Positions 22,398 through 31,463 of a stretch of DNA of 64,000 nucleotides are shown one piece after another (the stretch's first letter is position 1; the number at the start of each line of letters is the position of its first letter). This stretch comes from Methanomethylophilus sp. (lineage in GTDB: Archaea > Thermoplasmatota > Thermoplasmata > Methanomassiliicoccales > Methanomethylophilaceae). The position numbers were made by a program, and so were the translations under genes. The notes under the pieces were generated by a model. It worked only from the letters and a program-made list of their open reading frames with translations, was not told the DNA's origin and did no database searches. Location of the stretch: assembly GCA_050944195.1 (NCBI GenBank), contig JBMNQO010000001.1:50603-114602 (forward strand). Reading direction: 5' to 3'.

Positions 22398-22427
22398 CCG
22401 GCCCTCCGGGGCCGGCTTCTCCTTTTC
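22398..22427 (+). terminator. Hairpin plus T-rich tract between convergent rpoD and PolD genes
   Basis: CCGGCCC tccg GGGCCGG followed by CTTCTCCTTTTC. Confidence 0.45.
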
Positions 22428-22487
22428 AAAATTCAGAACGTCTGGGTCTTCGTATATCGACCTTTGATTGCAATACCGATTGCAATA

Positions 22488-25400
22488 TCAGAAGAAGTCC
22501 GTGAGCTTGGTCTTCTTGACCTTGTCGTTGTTGAACAGCGAGTTCATGCTCGCCTCGATGATGCCGATCCGCTCCTTGGTGTAATCGTCGAGGTCGTAGC
22601 GGTCGCAGACCTCCTTCGACACGTTGAGGTACTTCCGGACGGAGGCCTCGTGCACGGTGAGGTTCAGCTCGTGGCCGCACTTGGTGCAGACGCCCGCCAG
22701 CGGCACCCTCCGGTACTTGGTGCCGCACTTGGTGCACCGGACCGTTTGGGTGGCGAAGCTCCTCAGGTTCCCGATCATGTCGGGCATGAAGTGCTTGTTG
22801 ATCACCTTGAGAGCGACATCCTTGGCGTCCACCGCGCGGCACTTGATGCCGAGGTTCAGCTGGGCGTACATCTTCTCCTGCATGGAGCCCAGGGTGGTGT
22901 AGGCGGACTCCTTGGGCCCCTCGGAGATGTCCGGGGTGTCGTGGGTGAAGCCCAGCCCCTCGTACTGCGCCGGAGTGCCGATCCTCCCGCCCACCAGGTC
23001 CATCTGCTTCTCCATCTCCTTGGGGTCCTTCATGTCCATGGCGGCGTAGTAGAACTCCCTTGGGTAGAAGCGGCGGCAGTCCACGTTGTGGGCCTCCTTG
23101 TCGATCTCGTTGGGGTCCAGCCTGGTGGTCAGGACCAGGGGGCAGTCCATGAGGCCTCCCCTGCGGTCCGGCAGGAACACCCTCGAGAAGTTCAGGAGGG
23201 CGTCGAGGGCGAGGATGATGCAGTCCTCGTCGCCGTCGCAGTTCCTCCTCTTGGAGGCGTGGTAGAACGGGTGCCCGTAGCATCCGCGGACGTTGCTGTA
23301 TCCTATGATTCTGCACAGGATGCATCCCGAGGTATGGGGGGCGAGCCCGAAGACGACCTTCCCGATGAGGTCGTTGCGGTTCTCGCACTTGTAGAACCGC
23401 GGGAGGTGGTAGATCTCCTCGAGCTCGTCGTCGACGAACTGCGAGACGCGCACCATGTAGTCCCCGCACTCGCGCGCGGGGATGATGTCCTGGCACTTCA
23501 GCTCCACGAGCTGCTCGGGGTCCTCGAGGGGCTTGCCGTCCCAGTCGTGGGTGTACCCGAGCTCGTGGGCCTTCTCGATGCTGAGGCCGATCTCCCGGGG
23601 CCGGAAGTGGGTGATAGGGATGTCGGTCATGTCGTAGCGGATGGTGCCGTCGCGGAAGATCGACACGTTGTGCTTGCGGCGGAGGATGCCCTTCTCCATG
23701 AGCTCGGGGGTCTTGGTGTGCGAGGTGAGCTCGGCGACGCACTTGAGCGTCTGCTTGCTCTCGGGCTCGCCCAGCGCCTCCATGGCGTCCTTGTACTCCT
23801 GCTCCACGTTGACCGCCACGGTGGCGTTCTTGGCCCCCTCCGCCTTGCGCTTCTCGAAGGGGAAGGTGTGGACCTTGCAGTCCCGGCACCAGCAGCGGTA
23901 GGTCTCCTTGTTGCAGACGGGGCAGCGGCGCGCCCCCATGGCCACCTGTATCTCCTTCTTGGAGGCGGAGCCGATGGACTCCTCGTGCATCTCCTTGATG
24001 GCGGAGATGGTGTCCTTCTGCGGGTTGGGGCTGTTCTCCTCGCCCAAAGCGAAGAGGCACTGACACAATGGCGAGCCGGCCCTCTCCTTGGCCTTCTCTG
24101 GCCTCCCCATGCGGGTGCCGACGCGGGTCATCGCCCTCGCCATCACCTTGTAGCCGGCGGCTTTGGAGACGGCGGCGAGGGAGTCCTCCCCGCCGAACTC
24201 GCCGTTCTTCACGAGCCTGTCTCCCTCGACCTTCAGGCCGAGGCAGTCGATCATCGGGAGGCAGTACTTCTTCTCGATGCAGATGATGTTCCCGTGCATC
24301 CGGTGGAGGGCGCCGAGGTCCTCGAGGACCCTCTTCATGGAGGGGTCGTCGTCCTGCTTCTGGGGGACCGGGGTGCGGTCGGTGGGGACGAAGATCTGCC
24401 CGTCCTGGAATTTGCCCTTCTCGGCAAGATAATCCCTCAATTTCTGGAGTCTGGCTACGTCGATGTCCGACCAGAAGAGGTTGAACTTGGGGTGGAGAGC
24501 GACGCCGAACTGCCTGCTCATCTCCTTGGAGCGCTCGTAGGTCGGGTCCTCCCAGTCGTCCGGGAGCTTACCGTCGTTGGCCGCTTTTATCTCTTCGCGG
24601 TGCCACTCGATCGGGTACCCGCAGGGGACCAGGACGTGGTTGTTCTCGCAGAACTCGCCGAAGGGGATGAGGATCTCGCCGTTGTCCACCACCTCGGCGA
24701 CCATGTTCTTCACCTTGAGGTACTCCTCCTTGGTGCCGCAGTAGACGAGGTCGCCGTTCTTCAGGAGGACGGTGGGGCCCTCGATGGAATCGACGGGGGT
24801 GACCACGCAGGCCTTCCCCGGGCGCTCGATCTTGAGCTGGGTCCCGATGGCCATGAACTCGTCCATGGCGTACATGCTGGCCGGGTTGTAGGCGAGGGCC
24901 GCCAGCCCGGAGGTGCGGGCGCGGCCGTAGCGGAGCCTGAACCCTCCGAAGCGGCAGGGATGGCCGAAGATGGGCCTCCCCGCGACCATGTCCTTGAGGT
25001 ACTTGTAGGCGGGCTCGACGACCTTCTTGTTGGTCTTGGCGTCGCTGTCGACCGCCTTGTGCATGTCGAGGTACTTCCCGATGAAGTCCCATCCCTTGAT
25101 GCCGAGCTTGTCGACGTGCTTCTTCAGCTTGGAGGCCTTGAGGCACATCCCTTCCGCGACGACGAGGCACGCTCCGCCTCTCACGCGGTTGGTGGAGATC
25201 CTCGGGAGGTCGCGGTACCCGGAGATCTCGACGCGCTCGGTGCCCTCCCCGTCGATCATCACGGGGCACTCGCTGACGATGGTCCTGATCTCCTCGGAGG
25301 TGGGCGTGAACTGCAGGTGCTGGCACTGTTTGTAGAGGGGGATCTCCTCGTCGAACCTTGCTATCTCCCCCTCGGTCGGGATGTACTTCCCGATGCCGAG

Positions 25401-25919
25401 GGCCTGGCGGACGACGTCGCAGATGAGCACGCTCATCGCCTGCCCGGTTCCGCCCGAGGCCCTGATGGGCCCGGCGAAGACGAGGTCGGCGAAGTCGGTG
25501 CCGTCGGCGTTCTTGCCGATCCTGGTGGTGGCGATCCCCTCGAGGGGCGCCACAAGAATTCCTTCAGTGATGATGGCGAGGCCCAGCCTCACCGCGCGGT
25601 CCAGGGTCTTCTCCTTGGTCTCGCCGCTGGCCAGTCCCTTGCTGGCATACTCCTCGGCCACCTTGATGGCGACGATCTCCCTGTTCCCGTACTCTTTCGT
25701 CTTCTGGCGGATCAGCTCGGCGACTCCCTCGACGTGATAATCTGAGAGGAGCTCCTCGACGCGGGACGCGAGGTCCTCGGCGCGGGGGATCTCGACGCTC
25801 TCGACGGGGTCCTTGCCCTCCTTCCTCGCCTTCTCCGCGATGTCGAAGACGACGTCGGATTCGTCCTGCAGCCTCTTGAAGTAGGCCCGCATCTCGTCGC
25901 TGACCGCCACTTCGCTCAT
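22488..25919 (-). CDS. polC: DNA polymerase II (PolD) large subunit DP2
   Basis: About 1143 aa with an N-terminus MSEVAVSDEMRAYFKRLQDE...GPIRASGGTGQAMSV and a C-terminal zinc module CTKCGTKYRRVPLAGVCTKCG. The ORF-track 1487-aa version is an upstream in-frame extension across the Nog1 gene. No intein-sized insertion. Confidence 0.95.
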   Translation of the reverse strand: MSEVAVSDEMRAYFKRLQDESDVVFDIAEKARKEGKDPVESVEIPRAEDLASRVEELLSDYHVEGVAELIRQKTKEYGNREIVAIKVAEEYASKGLASGETKEKTLDRAVRLGLAIITEGILVAPLEGIATTRIGKNADGTDFADLVFAGPIRASGGTGQAMSVLICDVVRQALGIGKYIPTEGEIARFDEEIPLYKQCQHLQFTPTSEEIRTIVSECPVMIDGEGTERVEISGYRDLPRISTNRVRGGACLVVAEGMCLKASKLKKHVDKLGIKGWDFIGKYLDMHKAVDSDAKTNKKVVEPAYKYLKDMVAGRPIFGHPCRFGGFRLRYGRARTSGLAALAYNPASMYAMDEFMAIGTQLKIERPGKACVVTPVDSIEGPTVLLKNGDLVYCGTKEEYLKVKNMVAEVVDNGEILIPFGEFCENNHVLVPCGYPIEWHREEIKAANDGKLPDDWEDPTYERSKEMSRQFGVALHPKFNLFWSDIDVARLQKLRDYLAEKGKFQDGQIFVPTDRTPVPQKQDDDPSMKRVLEDLGALHRMHGNIICIEKKYCLPMIDCLGLKVEGDRLVKNGEFGGEDSLAAVSKAAGYKVMARAMTRVGTRMGRPEKAKERAGSPLCQCLFALGEENSPNPQKDTISAIKEMHEESIGSASKKEIQVAMGARRCPVCNKETYRCWCRDCKVHTFPFEKRKAEGAKNATVAVNVEQEYKDAMEALGEPESKQTLKCVAELTSHTKTPELMEKGILRRKHNVSIFRDGTIRYDMTDIPITHFRPREIGLSIEKAHELGYTHDWDGKPLEDPEQLVELKCQDIIPARECGDYMVRVSQFVDDELEEIYHLPRFYKCENRNDLIGKVVFGLAPHTSGCILCRIIGYSNVRGCYGHPFYHASKRRNCDGDEDCIILALDALLNFSRVFLPDRRGGLMDCPLVLTTRLDPNEIDKEAHNVDCRRFYPREFYYAAMDMKDPKEMEKQMDLVGGRIGTPAQYEGLGFTHDTPDISEGPKESAYTTLGSMQEKMYAQLNLGIKCRAVDAKDVALKVINKHFMPDMIGNLRSFATQTVRCTKCGTKYRRVPLAGVCTKCGHELNLTVHEASVRKYLNVSKEVCDRYDLDDYTKERIGIIEASMNSLFNNDKVKKTKLTDFF

Positions 25920-26926
25920 TCTTGCGCCTCTGGCTCTTCCTCGAGGGGGCGGTTGCGGAGGATTTCGTGGAGCTGTTCCACGAGCATCTGCTTCAGCTCC
26001 TCCATGCCCTCGCCGGTCTCCGCGGAGATGCGGATGGCGTCGTGGTCCGTCCTCATGATATCGCACTTGCTCTCGACCACGATGATGGGCACGCCCTCGA
26101 AGCTCTTCCTGATTGTCTCGAGCAGGGCGGTCTGCTTCTCCATGGGGTACCCGCAGGTCTCCGAGGGGTCGAGGATGAAGACCATGATGTCGGTGAGGTA
26201 CCGCAGTGCCAGCACCGCCTGCTTCTCGATATCGTTCCTGTCCTCGAAGCTCCGGTCGAGGAGCCCCGGGGTGTCGACGATCTGGTACTTCCGCCAGTCG
26301 TCCTTGATGTGCCCGATGGTGATGCCCTTGGTGGTGAAGGGGTACGGCGCGATCTCCGGCGCCGCCGTGCTGATGTAGGTCACCAGGCTGCTCTTCCCGA
26401 CGTTCGGGAAGCCCGCGACCACCGCGGTGGGGACCTTCGGGTCGATGCTCGGGAGGGTCCTGAACTTGTTCTTGGCGTCCTGCAGGAAGAGGAGCTCCTT
26501 GGAGATCTGGTTTATGTAGGAGCCAAGCCTCCCGTAGAAGCTCTTGCGGATGGAGTCGATGATCTCCGGGTCCTTGGTCCTCCGGACCTCCCGCAGGGAC
26601 TGGTTCTTCAGCAGCTCGGTCCTCCCGGCGCACCAGTTGAGCGCTCCCAGCGCCTTCTTGTAGGCGTCGACCCCGATGACCAGGTCCACCAGCTGCGGGA
26701 AGAAGTCGTCCACCTTCTCGATCCTGGGGAACTTCTGGATGTAGCCGACGAGAGTCGTCTCGACTATGTCGCCCGAGGCCGTGATCCGCGCGAGGGTGGT
26801 CTTCTTCTTGGTGTCCAAGGAGTCGCTGCCCTTCTTGCTGATCCTGCTGGCCCTGCGGAATGCCTTGTCCGTTAGCTCTTCGGCGGACAGTACCGTCGGT
26901 ATCTGCTGCGTGTTCATTCCGGCCAT
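25916..26926 (-). CDS. NOG1-family GTP-binding protein
   Basis: N-terminal NOG1-like helical region, G motifs GFPNVGKSS and DTPG, ESKCD. Its stop overlaps the PolD start (ATGA). Confidence 0.8.
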   Translation of the reverse strand: MAGMNTQQIPTVLSAEELTDKAFRRASRISKKGSDSLDTKKKTTLARITASGDIVETTLVGYIQKFPRIEKVDDFFPQLVDLVIGVDAYKKALGALNWCAGRTELLKNQSLREVRRTKDPEIIDSIRKSFYGRLGSYINQISKELLFLQDAKNKFRTLPSIDPKVPTAVVAGFPNVGKSSLVTYISTAAPEIAPYPFTTKGITIGHIKDDWRKYQIVDTPGLLDRSFEDRNDIEKQAVLALRYLTDIMVFILDPSETCGYPMEKQTALLETIRKSFEGVPIIVVESKCDIMRTDHDAIRISAETGEGMEELKQMLVEQLHEILRNRPLEEEPEAQE

Positions 26927-27045
26927 ATGCGGTGCCCATACGTTCGCGCATAAATAAGGATGCCCCGGCGCTCCTTTTTCGGGATGCTCGTTTTATATCC
27001 GAGGAGGTCTACCGACACCCCTGACTTAAACGGGAGGAGGCTCGG

Positions 27046-27405
27046 ATGGGCAAGTGCCGTTACTGCGGGAAGGAGATACCCCGGGAGGACGATTACTGCA
27101 GCACCGCCTGCGAGGCGGCGTGGCTCGATTACAGCGCCGACCGCCACCGCTGCGCCCTCTACATGTGGGGGATGGCGATACTGGGCCTCATCGTCTTCCT
27201 GCTGCCCTTTTTCCTGGAGGACGCCGTGCTGATGGCGGGCCTGGGGGCCGTCATCAGCGGGCTGGGATTCGTCCTCTTCCCGTACGGCGGGGAGGTCAGC
27301 AGCGGCGACAGCGTCACCGAGTCGCAGGAGTTCTGGCGGACGGTGGGCTGGATCCTCATCGCCGCCGGCATCTTCCTGGACATCATCCTCTTCTCCATCG
27401 ACTGA
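27046..27405 (+). CDS. Small zinc-ribbon membrane protein
   Basis: CRYCGKEIPREDDYCSTAC N-terminal ribbon followed by 3 hydrophobic helices. It is convergent with the giant gene; the two 3' ends are 2 nt apart. Confidence 0.5.
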   Translation: MGKCRYCGKEIPREDDYCSTACEAAWLDYSADRHRCALYMWGMAILGLIVFLLPFFLEDAVLMAGLGAVISGLGFVLFPYGGEVSSGDSVTESQEFWRTVGWILIAAGIFLDIILFSID

Positions 27406-27407
27406 TC

Positions 27408-30400
27408 TCAGTCGCCTTCGCCGGACACCCTGATGCGCATGAGCCAGAGGTCGTGGTCCATCTTCTCGGGATGGTCCCCCGCGTCCGGCAGGCAGGCCGC
27501 CGGGCAGTCCCTGAACACCAGCCCCGCGTCCACCTCCCACGCGGTATGGGACTCGCCTCCGAGGAGGGCGTTGACCGTCTCCAGGTTGGCGCGGACGTCG
27601 ATCGACGCCTTGGCCTCCATCGAATCGTGGTTGGGGACGAAGTCCGGGGCCCCGAGCCCGGTGAAGGCCTCCGCCCCCACGTAGATCCCGCCCCAGGTGG
27701 CGTCGCTGAGGTCCACCCCGTAGGGGTCCTCGACGTCCAGGAACAGCTGCGCCGCCTTCCCGAAGAGGTACTTCAGGAAGCTCTCCGCCGCCGGCTGCCC
27801 GGCGCCGATGTAGGCCTGGAAGCCGGCGCAGGCGCTGCCGGTCGCGTCGGATACCTCGCACTCGACGAAGAGGCGGGCCTCCACGAGGAACCCGGAGATC
27901 TCCGCGACGGCCGTGTCCATCACCTTCAAAGCGATGTTCTGGCACAATAGCGACAGCCCTTCCATGTCGGTCACGTGCCCGGCCTCGTCGAGGGCCTCCG
28001 CGGCGGCGTCCTTGACGATGTCCTTGACCGCCTCGATGACGATCCCGTCCCAGCTGAAGAGGCCTGAGTTCTGCTCCCCCTGCGTGGAGGCGGAGTGCCC
28101 CCAATGGGTGCAGCCGTCGGCGATCCGCTGGTACGTCGTGTCGTCGTTGTCGGAGTCGCTGAACTCCGGGGTGCTGTCAATAGTGCCGTCGGAGTCCTTC
28201 AGCATCAGCGTCTCGTTGCGGTTGTTGAGGAACGGCTCCGCGAACTCGATCACCTTCCGCTCCATCGGGGCGAGGGTGCCGTCGAGCGGGTAGGTCTTGC
28301 CCCTCGACGTCTCCAGCCACATCCCGTCGAGGTCTGCCTCGGTGCCGGAGAAGTTGAGGATCTCCGCCCACTCGCGGCCCTTGTCCTCGCCATCCGGGTT
28401 CGATTCCACCTCGTTGACGATGACCCCGTGGTCGAGGGGCACGCTGTACTTCAGCTCCGCTCCCGCGTCGACCGACATCTTGGTGCCGGGGACCGGCGAG
28501 GGCAGGTTGGAGAGCACCGGCTCCAGGCAGGGGATGTCCGTCAGGCGCACCTCGAGCTCGCGGTAGTCCGACACCTCGGGTATCGACACCGAGAAATCGG
28601 TGTCCCCGTAGTGCCCGTCCACCGTCACGATGCGGTCGGAGCGGTACATCGAGGGGTTGACGGTCCCCTCGATCCCCCAGTCGCCCTTCCCGTACCCGAA
28701 GCCGCCGCGGGTGCTGTAGTCCCCGCCGTGCTCCGAGACCGTCAGCCAGGTGTTCAGGGCGGCCCCGCCGAGAGTGCCGTCGACGCACACCTTGAGCGCA
28801 TCGTGGCTGGCGCTGTCGAGCTTCTTGATGTCCACCGTGAAGGTGACCGTCCAGCCCATGTACTCGAAGCCCACCGTCTGCTGGCTGGCCTTGATGTCGA
28901 TGATCTCCCGGGCCTCGCTGGCCAGCTGGAAGGCCATGCTCCCGAAGGCGTCGTCCACCGCCCGGGCGATGGTGTCCGCCAGCTGCGCGGTGCGCCCGGT
29001 GAGCAGGTTGTAGAGCTCCTCGATCAATTGGGTGTCGGCGAGCAGCTCCGAGACCGCGGTGGCGAACTTCTCCCCCAGCTCCCCGACCGTGCGGATGAAC
29101 TGGATGAGCGGCTCGATGAGCTTAGCGCCCAGCTCGGCGATCTCCTTCCAGACGTCGTCGGCGAAGTTCTCGGTGGTGGAGTACTCGAAGCCCGCCAGCG
29201 GCAGCCCGGAGACCACCGGGACGTCGGTGGTCAGGTCCACCGGGACCGTCGCCCGGAAGGCGCAGTCGTCCTCCCCCATCATCGACTGCAGGCCGCTGGT
29301 GCCGGTCACCGTGAAGGTGAGGTAATCCGTCACATTGACGGTGAACACCGAGCAGAAGTCCGCCCCGTAGGAGTTGAGCTTCGTGTTGTGGGAGCTCGCC
29401 CCGCTGTTGCGGGTCACGGTGACCGAGGGGTCGGAATCAACCTCCACGGTCAGCTTCTCGCGCCCGGGCCTCTCGCCGTTCAGCACGAAATCCCCCTCCT
29501 CGCCGTAGCCGTACCAGCCCTCGAAGGGGTCGGCGCCGAGGGCGCCCGCGAACTCGTCCGCCATCTCCACGAAGCGCGCCTCGGTGTCGAAGGAGGTGGC
29601 GATGAGCGGGAGCTTGAGGAGATGCGCGCACCCTTCCTGGATGACGGTGCTGTTCCGCTTCTCCACGTCGCAGAGGGCGCGGAGGCCGTACACCACCTCG
29701 TCGACCTTGACGGAGTACTCCCTGAACTGCGCCTGGTTGCATTCGAAGGACAGCACGTTCTTGATCTGCCTGTCGGCGGCCAATGACGCGATGATATCGT
29801 TCCCGGTGTCCTCCAGATAGGCCGCCATGAGCTGCTCGCGGAACCCCTCGAGGTACCCGCTGAGGATCCGCTCCGGGTCGGTGCAGAAGATGTCTGCCTT
29901 GTTCTCCTCGATGGTCTCGTAGATGGCCGCGTAGAAGGGGTCCGGGCAGTGGGTCGAGGAGGCCTCCGCGCGGAGGATCTCCAGGAAGTCCGCGTCGCAC
30001 CTCCCCGCGTTCTCCGCGGCGAACGCCCGCAGCGATTCCGCGAAGGTCCCGCGGTCCTCGATGAAGGCGGTCCCCATCGACTGCTCTTCCGCTATCTGGG
30101 ACAGTGCCCCGTTGGCGACCGATTTGATCCATTCGAGGATGCCGTCGGTGTTCTCGCGGTAGTCCTTCTTGAAGTGCTCGATGGCACCGTAATGGAGCAG
30201 GTCGGTGTGCGGGTAGGGGACGGTGAAGCTCATCTCCCTGATCCCGTCCTTCGGGGAGGGGAAGGTGATCGTGAACTCCCCGTCGATGCTGAAGTCGGAG
30301 CGGCCGGTCACCTCCTCGATGTAGGGCGCCGCCGAATAGTCGGTCTCCTTGCCGGTGAGGAAGGAGACCAGTGAGTCCCACGCGTCCGCGAGCTTGTCCG

Positions 30401-31346
30401 CGACGCCGTCCAGCATCCCGAGGATCTCCGAGCCCAGGAAGTAGTCGAACCACTTCCCCACGAGCTTGTCCATGGCCCCCGCGGCCACCTGCGCGTACAT
30501 GTCGGAGAGGCTGACCTCCAGCCCGCCCCGGGAGCGGACGAGGTCCATCCCGATGTCGCGGGTCCCGCCGACGATCTCCCCGTCGGCGTCCCGGAAGACC
30601 ACCGTCTCCGCCGCGCGGAGGGCGGTGTCGTACGCCTCCCTCACGTCGTCGCGGGTGATGATCCCGGCGGTGCCCTTGTCCCCGCCGGCGTAGATCCCGT
30701 ACCCGTTCATGACCCTCGTCTCGGCCAGCGAGGCGAGCTGGTACTGCATCATCTGGGTCAGCATCGAGCCGTCCCCCTCGAGGAGGCTCTGGAACATCGT
30801 CCCGCGCCCGAGCGCGAGGGGGAGCGCGCAGCTCCCGTCAGCCTGCAGATCCACTGTTCTCCGGACCTTGCCGGCGTCCGACTCGAAGGCGAGGTCGGCG
30901 GTCCCCTCGGCGAAGAGGTAGGCGGGGGTGCAGCCGTCGGCCGCGTACATCCCGTCCGTGGTCCGCAGGTCCTCCACGGACAATCTGATGTCGTAGGAAT
31001 TGAGCGTCACTCTTACCCCCGAATCGATCCTGGGGAACATCGTGTCCATCCAGCGGTCCATCAGCACGCCGAACCGCTCGCGCCGCTGGTCCAGCCCGCC
31101 GCCGTTCTTCTCGATGCTCACTGTTCTGACTGTCTCCCCCATCCCCTGCTCGATGTAGGCGGAGACCCCGTCGGCGGCCGCTTCCACCGCCGCCATCGAC
31201 ATCTCCGAGTTCCTCTCTCCGTCCTCCGCGTCCTCCACCCCGGCCGCCACAACGCCGTAGGCGGAGACCGCCAGCAGCAATGCCACCGCGGCGAACGCGA
31301 AGGGCATGCTCCCCTTGTTCCGGTTCCTGTCCCGTCTCCTGGTCAT
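27408..31346 (-). CDS. Giant (~1312 aa) membrane-anchored/secreted orphan protein with a lamin-tail-like (LTD) domain
   Basis: Balanced, protein-like composition over 3.9 kb. Start MTRRRDRNRNKGSMPFAFAAVALLLAVSAYGVV is a basic stretch plus a hydrophobic helix. An LTD-like segment VIVNEVESNPDGEDKGREWAEILNFSG...LMLKDSDGTIDS lies at roughly 28120..28440. The ORF-track extension to 33026 overlaps the real + strand radical SAM gene. Confidence 0.75.
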   Translation of the reverse strand: MTRRRDRNRNKGSMPFAFAAVALLLAVSAYGVVAAGVEDAEDGERNSEMSMAAVEAAADGVSAYIEQGMGETVRTVSIEKNGGGLDQRRERFGVLMDRWMDTMFPRIDSGVRVTLNSYDIRLSVEDLRTTDGMYAADGCTPAYLFAEGTADLAFESDAGKVRRTVDLQADGSCALPLALGRGTMFQSLLEGDGSMLTQMMQYQLASLAETRVMNGYGIYAGGDKGTAGIITRDDVREAYDTALRAAETVVFRDADGEIVGGTRDIGMDLVRSRGGLEVSLSDMYAQVAAGAMDKLVGKWFDYFLGSEILGMLDGVADKLADAWDSLVSFLTGKETDYSAAPYIEEVTGRSDFSIDGEFTITFPSPKDGIREMSFTVPYPHTDLLHYGAIEHFKKDYRENTDGILEWIKSVANGALSQIAEEQSMGTAFIEDRGTFAESLRAFAAENAGRCDADFLEILRAEASSTHCPDPFYAAIYETIEENKADIFCTDPERILSGYLEGFREQLMAAYLEDTGNDIIASLAADRQIKNVLSFECNQAQFREYSVKVDEVVYGLRALCDVEKRNSTVIQEGCAHLLKLPLIATSFDTEARFVEMADEFAGALGADPFEGWYGYGEEGDFVLNGERPGREKLTVEVDSDPSVTVTRNSGASSHNTKLNSYGADFCSVFTVNVTDYLTFTVTGTSGLQSMMGEDDCAFRATVPVDLTTDVPVVSGLPLAGFEYSTTENFADDVWKEIAELGAKLIEPLIQFIRTVGELGEKFATAVSELLADTQLIEELYNLLTGRTAQLADTIARAVDDAFGSMAFQLASEAREIIDIKASQQTVGFEYMGWTVTFTVDIKKLDSASHDALKVCVDGTLGGAALNTWLTVSEHGGDYSTRGGFGYGKGDWGIEGTVNPSMYRSDRIVTVDGHYGDTDFSVSIPEVSDYRELEVRLTDIPCLEPVLSNLPSPVPGTKMSVDAGAELKYSVPLDHGVIVNEVESNPDGEDKGREWAEILNFSGTEADLDGMWLETSRGKTYPLDGTLAPMERKVIEFAEPFLNNRNETLMLKDSDGTIDSTPEFSDSDNDDTTYQRIADGCTHWGHSASTQGEQNSGLFSWDGIVIEAVKDIVKDAAAEALDEAGHVTDMEGLSLLCQNIALKVMDTAVAEISGFLVEARLFVECEVSDATGSACAGFQAYIGAGQPAAESFLKYLFGKAAQLFLDVEDPYGVDLSDATWGGIYVGAEAFTGLGAPDFVPNHDSMEAKASIDVRANLETVNALLGGESHTAWEVDAGLVFRDCPAACLPDAGDHPEKMDHDLWLMRIRVSGEGD

Positions 31347-31463
31347 CGCAGACGTTTCGTCGGTACGGGCTGATAAAAGGGCAGGACTGCAATCAGGGGA
31401 ACGCAGAGCCCCCGAATGTTCGCGCGGGCGAACATTATTTAATCCTAAGGGAATGCCAGGGTC

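Noticed and set aside
22464-25745. 1093-aa plus-strand ORF spanning the PolD locus.
   Set aside because: It is the antisense shadow of the PolD large subunit, shows no recognisable domains and has the same skewed composition as the other shadow ORFs.
25920-26951. Upstream extension making PolD 1487 aa.
   Set aside because: The region encodes the NOG1-family GTPase in another frame. Conserved DP2 sequence begins at MSEVAVSDEMRAYF (ATG 25919).
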